A stretch of DNA of 64,000 nucleotides, taken from the IMG/VR virus record IMGVR_UViG_3300025282_000024, one strand, 5' to 3'. Below the pieces are notes generated by a model that saw nothing but the letters and a program-made list of their open reading frames with translations, searched no databases and was not told the DNA's origin. The DNA is from a virus. Below, in pieces: positions 35,428 to 43,317 of the stretch (position 1 is the stretch's first letter; every line of letters starts with the position of its first letter). The position numbers and the translations under genes are program-made.

Positions 35428-35871
35428 TTAAATTAATTTATTCCACTTTGTATTGCTCAAAGCCATGATACCTGAAATATCTACTCCGGGATCGCCGGGA
35501 TCGACATCCGAAAGAGGACTATGATTCGGGGCGTTGTTCAAATCGCCTCCCGCTGACAACGGTTCAACGCCTTCAAATATTTCTGTTCCAAATCCAGCAG
35601 CATCTAAAACTTTTCGTTTGTGTTCCTTTAACATTCTTCTCTTCTCTTCATCAAATTCCGCCCTTTGTTGCTCCAAAAATTCTTCTCGATGGGCTGGCGC
35701 GCCGGGCTCAGGTTTTTGTGCTGCACCATGGTATGTTTCTGTTAAGAGAGGCTTAAATCCAGCTATAACTTCAGAAATAATACTAGATAAAACACCCTCT
35801 TCCAATAAAGCTTCTTTAACACATTGTTTAACCAACGGTTTAAGGATTTGTTTTAATTCTGATTTTTTCAT
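35428..35871 (-). CDS. Hypothetical head-module protein with MKKSELKQILK leader
   Basis: Leader related to the MKLTKQQLK family; LLEE/LLTE sites. Confidence 0.65.
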   Translation of the reverse strand: MKKSELKQILKPLVKQCVKEALLEEGVLSSIISEVIAGFKPLLTETYHGAAQKPEPGAPAHREEFLEQQRAEFDEEKRRMLKEHKRKVLDAAGFGTEIFEGVEPLSAGGDLNNAPNHSPLSDVDPGDPGVDISGIMALSNTKWNKLI

Positions 35872-35874
35872 TTA

Positions 35875-36510
35875 TCACCTTGTAAAAATATTATTTAGTG
35901 CGCGGTTAATCCTATCACCTTTTGTAAAGATTTTTGACAAACCTTTTCCTAAGCCTTCGTACATCTTAACTTTTTGGTCTAGTATATAGGCGTTTGGAGC
36001 AGAAGGCTCACTTACAGCATCAAAACATATTAACTGAAGATCATCTTGAACCATTTGTGCTCCGGAGCCTTTTGGGCACGGGCCCAAGGATCCTAGGGCC
36101 CTAGAAGAAAAGCCAAACTTGACGCCGCTGTTATAAAGGCCCTCCAAAATACCGCCGGAAGGCGTTTTTAAACATTGTATAATCCCATTAACATCATCGC
36201 CCTCCCACCAAATTCTAACAACTTTGTGAGATGCATTTTTAAGATTAATCACACTATCATCTGGATGGTCACATTCGCCAATTGCTCTTCCTTCGCTCAC
36301 CATCTTGGCATAATTTTCAATTTCCCTTTCTAAGACTGGTCGGCCATAGACACGGCCGTTCCCATTTTGCACATCGCATTGTTGTAGTTTTGCTGGAAAC
36401 AGCAAAAACCCATTGTTGATTAGCTTTTTTTCACCTTCGTTTAAAAGGTCTTTACATCCGCGTTCATCACATTTTAACTCGTAGTACTCTCTTAAAAGCG
36501 TCTTTGACAT
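35875..36510 (-). CDS. Prohead protease (gp21-like)
   Basis: NGNGRVY, GECDHP (His), SHKV, FSSRALGS (Ser), FDAVSEPSAPNAY. Confidence 0.92.
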   Translation of the reverse strand: MSKTLLREYYELKCDERGCKDLLNEGEKKLINNGFLLFPAKLQQCDVQNGNGRVYGRPVLEREIENYAKMVSEGRAIGECDHPDDSVINLKNASHKVVRIWWEGDDVNGIIQCLKTPSGGILEGLYNSGVKFGFSSRALGSLGPCPKGSGAQMVQDDLQLICFDAVSEPSAPNAYILDQKVKMYEGLGKGLSKIFTKGDRINRALNNIFTR

Positions 36511-36518
36511 TATATTTT

Positions 36519-36605
36519 TTACCTTTTTGCGGCTGCTAACCGCTTGATACTAGACCCGCTACAGCAGCGCCGAACGGGTTGTAATTTCCATTTCTTAATC
36601 AACAT
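36519..36605 (-). CDS. 28-aa micro-protein MLIKKWKLQPVRRCCSGSSIKRLAAAKR
   Basis: SD GAAGGAG ahead of the ATG; fills the gap between the DUF1360-like gene and the protease; below ORF-track cutoff. Confidence 0.5.
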   Translation of the reverse strand: MLIKKWKLQPVRRCCSGSSIKRLAAAKR

Positions 36606-36924
36606 TACAATCTCCTTCATTTTTATAAGTTATTTTAAACCCAAAATCATTCACTAAAACACCTAACAAATAACTAGTACCAGAACTTAAAGATCCCAGT
36701 ATTAACCCATTTGTGACACTATATCCAAAGGTAAATAGTTCCGTATACTCATTAATTCCAAACAAAAACACCCCAACCCAAAAGCCCATACACATGGGAC
36801 AATGGAACAACATGCCTAGGCCCCCTAGGGCGTTTTTCGATGGGCGAACCTTATTAAAAATCGACCCAAAAATTAGTATTTGAGTCATCCCATACGCAGC
36901 AAGAACAAAATATAATAAATCCAT
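36595..36924 (-). CDS. Membrane protein, DUF1360-like
   Basis: Three hydrophobic segments with LFHCPMCMGFWVG. Confidence 0.6.
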   Translation of the reverse strand: MDLLYFVLAAYGMTQILIFGSIFNKVRPSKNALGGLGMLFHCPMCMGFWVGVFLFGINEYTELFTFGYSVTNGLILGSLSSGTSYLLGVLVNDFGFKITYKNEGDCNVD

Positions 36925-36941
36925 TTAGGCCTTTTTAATTA

Positions 36942-37547
36942 TTAAAATCCGCCGCGGCCGAAAAGACCATATTGGGCTGGGTACCCTGTATATTGATTAA
37001 TGGTACCTTGGTGCGGTTCATGAGGCACTTCACCAAGCTCAGTTGAATCTTTGTCATTAGGATCAAGAAGATCTTTTTCAAAGTCAATTTCGTATTTTTG
37101 AACTGCAAGGTAGTGGGGCTTTTCTTCTAAAAGAAACGCAACAACTGTATATAAAGACATTTGAATTGGATCAACCTTGGCTGGTTCCAACGGTACCAGA
37201 AGTGTCCCCTCCAGTGAGCCAAACACATTTCCGCCATGCACAGAAGAAGGGTCTACTACTCCACTTCTAGTTAGATGTTCGAACAATCTAGATTGAGTTG
37301 CATATACATGATCACCATATTGATTTTTGGAAAGCGCCAAAACTTTGTTTTGAGAAGGTGATAAAACAATATCTATCTCAGGGTGGTCAATTATTAATAT
37401 ATTGCCGTCCATTGTTTTTCTAGCTTTTAAATTAACTTTTGCAGCAATTGGATTTTCAACTGTGACTTTGAAACTAGCAACGGGTGGAGGGGGTACATCT
37501 AGTGTAAAACCCTTATTATCAACTATTTTTACAGTGATATCAGCCAT
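36942..37547 (-). CDS. Hypothetical protein (head module)
   Basis: 201-aa ORF abutting its neighbours. Confidence 0.7.
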   Translation of the reverse strand: MADITVKIVDNKGFTLDVPPPPVASFKVTVENPIAAKVNLKARKTMDGNILIIDHPEIDIVLSPSQNKVLALSKNQYGDHVYATQSRLFEHLTRSGVVDPSSVHGGNVFGSLEGTLLVPLEPAKVDPIQMSLYTVVAFLLEEKPHYLAVQKYEIDFEKDLLDPNDKDSTELGEVPHEPHQGTINQYTGYPAQYGLFGRGGF

Positions 37548-38363
37548 TTAGCTTTGTACCTCTTTAACAACTAATTGAACTTTTAAAATAGATTGTAACA
37601 TATCTTTGTCTATGGGCTTCGTGCTAAAAGATTCTAAAAGTGCCGCGAGCTTTCCCATCTTTTCTTTCATTATACTGTCATTTTTTAGCTCTTCCAAGCC
37701 ATATGACTTTTTTACAACTTCTTTCAGTCTATAAATTTCTTCGTTTAAATACATTTTTAAATCTACACCATTGTCCAAAAATGAAAGAATATACTTATTG
37801 AGTAAAGTTTTTTGACTTTCTGTTAATGTTGCACCATATTGAGAATTAAATCGGCCGATAAATTTACTCACAACTAAATTATTTATTTTATCATTTTTAG
37901 CCATGGCTTTTGTTCTGTTGGCAATCTTAGACAGAATCCTTTCTTCCAAGAGGACGCGATGCTTGATATTAACATCTTCTCCAAATATTTGAGAAATGGT
38001 TGCAATGTCTTTATAGTTTGGAACAAAATTAGAAAACACAGATTTTGATATCTCTTTGTTTATTTTCTTAATAAGCGCGCTTTGCTCAGAAAAAATCTTT
38101 TTTTCATCTAATTTCTGATATTCTTTCTTTGTTTCTTGAATCAGCTTCTCTCCTATTCTAGAAGAGACGCCCTTTGTTTCCAATAGTGTTTTGAAAAGTC
38201 TCAACTCTTTTCCAATTTCACTTTTAGCAGTAAATGTTTCTTTTATAATCGCAATTACTTTATCTCTAACATCAGTATTTTTGTTTATAGTGCGCTTTAC
38301 AACCTCACGAACCAATGCCTCATAAAGAAAAGCTGTATTTCTCTTTTTATTATGTCTCGACAT
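37548..38363 (-). CDS. Hypothetical helical protein (head module)
   Basis: 271-aa ORF, HNKKRNTAFLYEAL start, overlaps portal end. Confidence 0.7.
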   Translation of the reverse strand: MSRHNKKRNTAFLYEALVREVVKRTINKNTDVRDKVIAIIKETFTAKSEIGKELRLFKTLLETKGVSSRIGEKLIQETKKEYQKLDEKKIFSEQSALIKKINKEISKSVFSNFVPNYKDIATISQIFGEDVNIKHRVLLEERILSKIANRTKAMAKNDKINNLVVSKFIGRFNSQYGATLTESQKTLLNKYILSFLDNGVDLKMYLNEEIYRLKEVVKKSYGLEELKNDSIMKEKMGKLAALLESFSTKPIDKDMLQSILKVQLVVKEVQS

Positions 38364-40359
38364 TATCTTTGCTCTCCAAGCTGCTTATTAAATTTCTTAC
38401 TGTAGTATTCGTTTCAAACAATTTTTGTTCTTCGTCATTATAATTAGTCTCTTTAGACTCATAAATACCTTTTCCAAGCCCAAGCATTTCCTCTGCGCCA
38501 TCAGGCAAGTTCATCCGCAACTGTCTCTTGGGTAGCGTAGCAAATTCATGGCCATCTTTTGCTTTCATATTTCTCTTTCTAGCTCCACTTTGGCGCTTAT
38601 CAGCAGGAGTCGGGGTATACCACCCTTTTGATCTCTTTGACTTTGTTTGCTTAACTCCCCCAAAGGCGCTTCTTTTGACTTTTGCCTTAACCCATGCAGA
38701 ATCATCATCACGCTTGCCCGGGGCGGCTAATAAGGAGGTGTCCGCGTCGCCTTCTTCAGTCGTGGGCGGTGCCTCTTCTTCACCTCCCATCTCTAAATCC
38801 ATTTCGCCACCTAAATCGTCCTCCATGCCGCCGCCCATGTCAGCCAATTCTTCGCCGCCGAGGGCGCCCATATCACCTCCTCCGGGGCCCATGGCTTCTT
38901 GTCCTAACAGTTCTATAGACTGAGCAAAATATTTATCGTAATAAAGTTCTCTTTGATTTCGTAGGAATTCCTCCTCAGACATGTCAAACAGATTTCGAGC
39001 AATCCAGCGCTTGCTAAAATATCCCTCCGCAGCTTGGCCAGCGACACTAAATTTAGTATTCCAGTGTTCTAGTTCTTGAAGCTCGGAAATTTTAGATGGA
39101 TTGTTCAATTTAATTTTAAACGACAACAAATCATCTCCTCTATATCCTATAGTATAAAGATGAATAATACCAACCTTTTCTAGCTCAGTTGTAACGGATC
39201 TTTGAAGTCTCTGAATGGTTCTAGCAAATCTAATATCTTTTTGGGCCAAAGTAGCTTTGTCTTCATCAGCACCTTCTGAGCGAGACAGATAAGATGCTGG
39301 CACTTTAAGCGCTGAAAACAATTTATCTCTTAAATATTTAACATCGTCAATATCTCCGGTATAGGTGCCCCCTGGTAAACTTACAATTTCTGTGCCCACA
39401 CCTCCGCGAGTGGGGATAAAATAATCTTCCTCAATAGACATTGGGTTGTATCTTAAGTCAACCCTTCCTGTATCTTGATCAACAATTTGATTGCGTTTCA
39501 TCGAGGTGATAACACGCTGCATGTATTGCTCGACATCTTGGGGAGGGATATTCCCAACATCAACTTTAAACACCCTACGTTCTGGCGCTCTCACAATTCT
39601 ATATGCCATCATTGCATCTTCTAAAAGAATAAGCTGACGCCAGATTCTTCTCGCTGAATCTAAAACCGACGTCCCATATGGAGCGAACTTATCATTGCCA
39701 AGTATTCTAAAGTGTCCCATTTGCCAGTTTTCGAAAGTGACACCGCCGGAATTCCATTGATATTGTACATAATTTGGATTTGTTTTGTCTTCGCCCTCTA
39801 ATCTTTCTATTTGGTCGGTAGGAAGTCCAATAACTTGTTTGATTCCCGTGTTCGCATCAATGTCTAAATAAAGATAAAAATCTCCGTACTTACACATTGT
39901 ACGACACCAACCAAATAAATTAAATTCTATATTTAAAACATTAAAATATAAGGTATCTAAAATTCCTTTTATCTCTTCGTCATGACAATCAACATCAATT
40001 ATCTTTTTTATGCCAGTGTGTGTTGTCATTTCATCAGCGTAAATATCTAACGAAGAAGCAATTTCAGGCGTGTACTCCATTTGATCAAAATCCGAATATC
40101 TCTGCAGTCTAGACTGCGTACCCATCATATATGAAGAAAAATTATCAAAAGGATTATATCCAATTCTTTCAAATTTTTGACCCGCAACATCCTTAAAGGT
40201 GGTTGCATATTTGTCTAATCGGTTGCGCCTTAGTTGTCGAGTATTCTGAGACCGGTAATTAATCAAAGGTCCAGAGAATAATTTTGTTAATCTTCTGTAT
40301 AAATTTGAATCTGGATTTTTTGGGTTTTTGGTGCTTTTTACTTTTTGACTTGGATCCAT
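38350..40359 (-). CDS. Portal protein (gp20-like)
   Basis: PEIASSLDIYADE, EDAMMAYRIVRAPERRVFKVDVGN, EDYFIP.RG, LPGG, DDVKYLRDKLFSALKVP. Confidence 0.95.
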   Translation of the reverse strand: MDPSQKVKSTKNPKNPDSNLYRRLTKLFSGPLINYRSQNTRQLRRNRLDKYATTFKDVAGQKFERIGYNPFDNFSSYMMGTQSRLQRYSDFDQMEYTPEIASSLDIYADEMTTHTGIKKIIDVDCHDEEIKGILDTLYFNVLNIEFNLFGWCRTMCKYGDFYLYLDIDANTGIKQVIGLPTDQIERLEGEDKTNPNYVQYQWNSGGVTFENWQMGHFRILGNDKFAPYGTSVLDSARRIWRQLILLEDAMMAYRIVRAPERRVFKVDVGNIPPQDVEQYMQRVITSMKRNQIVDQDTGRVDLRYNPMSIEEDYFIPTRGGVGTEIVSLPGGTYTGDIDDVKYLRDKLFSALKVPASYLSRSEGADEDKATLAQKDIRFARTIQRLQRSVTTELEKVGIIHLYTIGYRGDDLLSFKIKLNNPSKISELQELEHWNTKFSVAGQAAEGYFSKRWIARNLFDMSEEEFLRNQRELYYDKYFAQSIELLGQEAMGPGGGDMGALGGEELADMGGGMEDDLGGEMDLEMGGEEEAPPTTEEGDADTSLLAAPGKRDDDSAWVKAKVKRSAFGGVKQTKSKRSKGWYTPTPADKRQSGARKRNMKAKDGHEFATLPKRQLRMNLPDGAEEMLGLGKGIYESKETNYNDEEQKLFETNTTVRNLISSLESKDNVET

Positions 40360-40364
40360 CTATT

Positions 40365-41951
40365 TTATCCTTTTAGTAACCATAGAAACTCTTTCATTTT
40401 TTCTTTTTCATCGATAGCTTGTTCAAACAGCTCTGTTTTTCGAGGTTTTTGCATTCCTGGTATTCTAGAATCAATATGAGTTTTATTTGTCATTATACAA
40501 TTTATAAACGCTTTTTTATACTCTATCTCTCTTTTATTTTCAATAAGTACCGTATCTCTTACCCAACAACCAATTGCACATGCCATAATTAAATCATCAT
40601 TATAACCTCTTTGTGCTTCTGGCTTACCGTTCCTCCAAATAAAAGTATCTAACTCATTAATTAGCCTTCTAGAATAAATAGTCAACATTTTGTTTCTTAT
40701 ATATTCTTCGAACTTAGCAACAATTAAGGGCCTTGTTTTCAAAGAAGTGGTAAATCCGGCAATTGCAGAAGAGTGAGTTTCGGCTTGGTATTGATCAATA
40801 TAATCATGAGAAGATTTAATCGAGTGATATAAATTTGGATATTCCTTATCTTTTAATTTATCCAACACTGCATAGCCAACGCTATTATTTTCTACCACCA
40901 CCATCGCATTTCCGTATTCTCGGCCCGCGCTGAAAACTATCTCCGAAAACAAATCAAGTGTTACTTTCCCCTGATATTCAGCAATAATTTCCATAGTTTC
41001 TAACTTAAAAATATGAAAAGTGCTTGAATCTGCGCCATCTCCGCGAGCCACATCTGCTACCAATAAATAAGAATTTCCAGGCTGCGCCTCTTCCCAGATC
41101 CAATAGTTCCGATCAAGCCCTGTTCTGTATTTTGGCTCCTGAATATTCTTTTTTAAGTATTGTATATCTCCACCATCAATAACGGTTTCACCAGACGTAT
41201 TGAAATTACATTCATACTCTTGAGCAATTTGTCGCTTGCTCATATTTTTAGTTTCAGTTTCAAACCACTCTTGATCTCTATCCGGATGTATATCCCAATT
41301 AAGCTTTATTGGAAAAAATTCATTTTGGCCAGCTTCAGCTTTAATATACGCGTCGTGAAACCAGTCACCCACGCCATTTGGCGTCGAAAGAGCCACGCAT
41401 CGACCACCTGTAGAAATTGTGGGGTAAAGACCAGTCCACAATTCAGATAAGTTGTCGATATGTGCTGCCTCATCAATAACCAATAACGACAATGATTCTG
41501 AGCGGCCGGCATCGCCGGATGTTGAAGATGCTTTTACTTGAGACCCATTACTTAATTCAAAGGAATTTTTGTTATCAACATCAATACTAGCAATCTTTAA
41601 CCAGTCAGGCAAGTGTTTAATAATTCCCTTAACTTTTCGCACAAGATTTGCAGCTGTATTTAATTTTGTCGCCACAACAAGAACATTTTTATCGCGATGG
41701 AATAACAGCATCCAGGCAACATAAGCACCCACAATTGTAGAGATACCTAACTGTCTTGCCTTAAGAATAACTGTAAATCGGTAATCATTAAAGTCATTTA
41801 AAAGGGCATCTTGGTAATCATATGTTTTAAACGGGATCAGGCCATGGCCAGGGTGTGGTATTTTTGCGTAGTTTCTTATGAAGTATCGTGAATCTTTGCC
41901 ACACTTTACCACTTCTTTTAATATTTCTTTCTTTGTTAATTTGTATCCCAT
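40365..41951 (-). CDS. Terminase large subunit (gp17-like)
   Basis: YDYQ, KARQLGIST (deviant Walker A), VIDEAAH, STPNG, QEYEC.F, DVARGDG.D, DDLIMA. Confidence 0.95.
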   Translation of the reverse strand: MGYKLTKKEILKEVVKCGKDSRYFIRNYAKIPHPGHGLIPFKTYDYQDALLNDFNDYRFTVILKARQLGISTIVGAYVAWMLLFHRDKNVLVVATKLNTAANLVRKVKGIIKHLPDWLKIASIDVDNKNSFELSNGSQVKASSTSGDAGRSESLSLLVIDEAAHIDNLSELWTGLYPTISTGGRCVALSTPNGVGDWFHDAYIKAEAGQNEFFPIKLNWDIHPDRDQEWFETETKNMSKRQIAQEYECNFNTSGETVIDGGDIQYLKKNIQEPKYRTGLDRNYWIWEEAQPGNSYLLVADVARGDGADSSTFHIFKLETMEIIAEYQGKVTLDLFSEIVFSAGREYGNAMVVVENNSVGYAVLDKLKDKEYPNLYHSIKSSHDYIDQYQAETHSSAIAGFTTSLKTRPLIVAKFEEYIRNKMLTIYSRRLINELDTFIWRNGKPEAQRGYNDDLIMACAIGCWVRDTVLIENKREIEYKKAFINCIMTNKTHIDSRIPGMQKPRKTELFEQAIDEKEKMKEFLWLLKG

Positions 41952-42511
41952 TATACCTTAACATTACTAGACTTTTTTGCTCCAGAATATTTTGGTTTAC
42001 CAGTTTGAAGCCACTTTTCAACAGCAGCTCTAAGCTTATCTTCTGCTTCTCCGGGGGAATTAACGCCTACGGCCTCTGTGTCTTTAAGGCCACCAATAGT
42101 ATAAACTTTCTTAGCCTGACACCAAGTCCTGATCTTAGACATATTTTGTAAAAGAACATCACAGGGCCCATCAGCCTTTAATGTCAAAGCGTCGCCAGTA
42201 ATTTTCTTATACTCTTTCTTTAAAAACTTAGCGATGTCAGCATAGGTCTGCTCAATTTCGCTATCCAGTTTGGTGTTGTGAAAAGACTTTATTGGCAACT
42301 CTGATTGATAAGTAACAATAAGTTTGGGGCCTGAGATACGCACCTTAAAACCATCGATTACCCTGGAGTCATTAATGGCACAACCATTTTCACGGGCAAG
42401 ACCGACTGGTTTATCTTCACCATCCACCACAAATCTTTTATCATGTGAGCCATCGTAAGCGTTGGCTGCAGCCTGATTTATTCCTTTTATAATTTCGTAT
42501 ACAGATGCCAT
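41951..42511 (-). CDS. Hypothetical protein
   Basis: 186-aa ORF coupled (TAATG) to terminase. Confidence 0.7.
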   Translation of the reverse strand: MASVYEIIKGINQAAANAYDGSHDKRFVVDGEDKPVGLARENGCAINDSRVIDGFKVRISGPKLIVTYQSELPIKSFHNTKLDSEIEQTYADIAKFLKKEYKKITGDALTLKADGPCDVLLQNMSKIRTWCQAKKVYTIGGLKDTEAVGVNSPGEAEDKLRAAVEKWLQTGKPKYSGAKKSSNVKV

Positions 42512-42514
42512 TAT

Positions 42515-42838
42515 TTATTGCTCCTTTTGTATGGGTTCTGATTTTAGGCCAGCCGATTCAAGTGCATGCTTGATATCGTCTAGGGAAACATGCGACTTAT
42601 TTTTAAATGCACTTTCAATAACCGACAGTATCTTCGCCTTGTCTTCTTCTGGTAATGTTAAAGTTCTAAGGTCAGCCGGTGGCTCATCTTTTGTTTCAAT
42701 GTCTTTTGTTTTATCTTCAATCGGAGGAGGCCATGGCTTTTCCTGTGACTCTTCTTCTTCTGTTTCCTCTACATTTTCATGTAGAAAATAGCGGGGGTCA
42801 ATCCGTCTTGTGTTTTTTCTAATCACGCGTATTTTCAT
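42515..42838 (-). CDS. Hypothetical protein with basic leader and acidic body
   Basis: MKIRVIRKNTRRIDPRYFLHE then E-rich. Confidence 0.6.
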   Translation of the reverse strand: MKIRVIRKNTRRIDPRYFLHENVEETEEEESQEKPWPPPIEDKTKDIETKDEPPADLRTLTLPEEDKAKILSVIESAFKNKSHVSLDDIKHALESAGLKSEPIQKEQ

Positions 42839-43214
42839 TTTTTGGTCTCCATCCGTCTAGCCACCGCTCTTCATTAAATTCAACATATTGAATATAACAA
42901 TTAAAGCAGCAATCAAACTTGTTCATATATAAATCGTCTTTTAACTTAAAAGAATATATTCCACATCCAGAACACTTTCTTTTATTTTCCTTAGTAATTA
43001 GATTCTTTGAAAGGAAAAAGCCGTCTTTTTCAACTTTCTCTTTTTGTGCATCTTTTTTATAAAACTTCTTAACTTCCTCAAGATATTCTTTTTCTTTTTC
43101 GTCAGTCCAAAAAGACTTGGGGTTAACAATTGTTTCTGCACCATATTTCTTAACCATGGCCTTTTCAATTCGTGCTATTTTATTTAAATCTTCTTCGTCT
43201 GCCACAACTGCCAA
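42819..43214 (-). CDS. Hypothetical zinc-binding protein
   Basis: CSGC...CCFNC, C-terminal RWLDGWRP; start uncertain (TTG). Confidence 0.6.
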   Translation of the reverse strand: MAVVADEEDLNKIARIEKAMVKKYGAETIVNPKSFWTDEKEKEYLEEVKKFYKKDAQKEKVEKDGFFLSKNLITKENKRKCSGCGIYSFKLKDDLYMNKFDCCFNCYIQYVEFNEERWLDGWRPKNENTRD

Positions 43215-43266
43215 CCCGGGTTGAAAACGTACTTATATTATAAGTTATAAAACAAATATTTTTAAC

Positions 43267-43297
43267 AAAAAAAAGGAGGGAGACAAGCTCCCTCCTT
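43267..43297 (-). terminator. Intrinsic terminator after tail fibre gene
   Basis: GGAGGGAG-cttgt-CTCCCTCC followed by T8. Confidence 0.85.
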
Positions 43298-43317
43298 CCC
43301 AAGAAAAAGTAAATTAA

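Noticed and set aside
645-41951. Inteins or introns in RNR, helicase, RecA or terminase
   Set aside because: Protein lengths are normal and no C/S...HN splice motifs or interruptions were seen.
40365-41951. Inactive terminase because Walker A reads KARQLGIS rather than GKS/T
   Set aside because: Deviant Walker A motifs with the lysine shifted upstream are known in active terminases, and the other motifs are intact.
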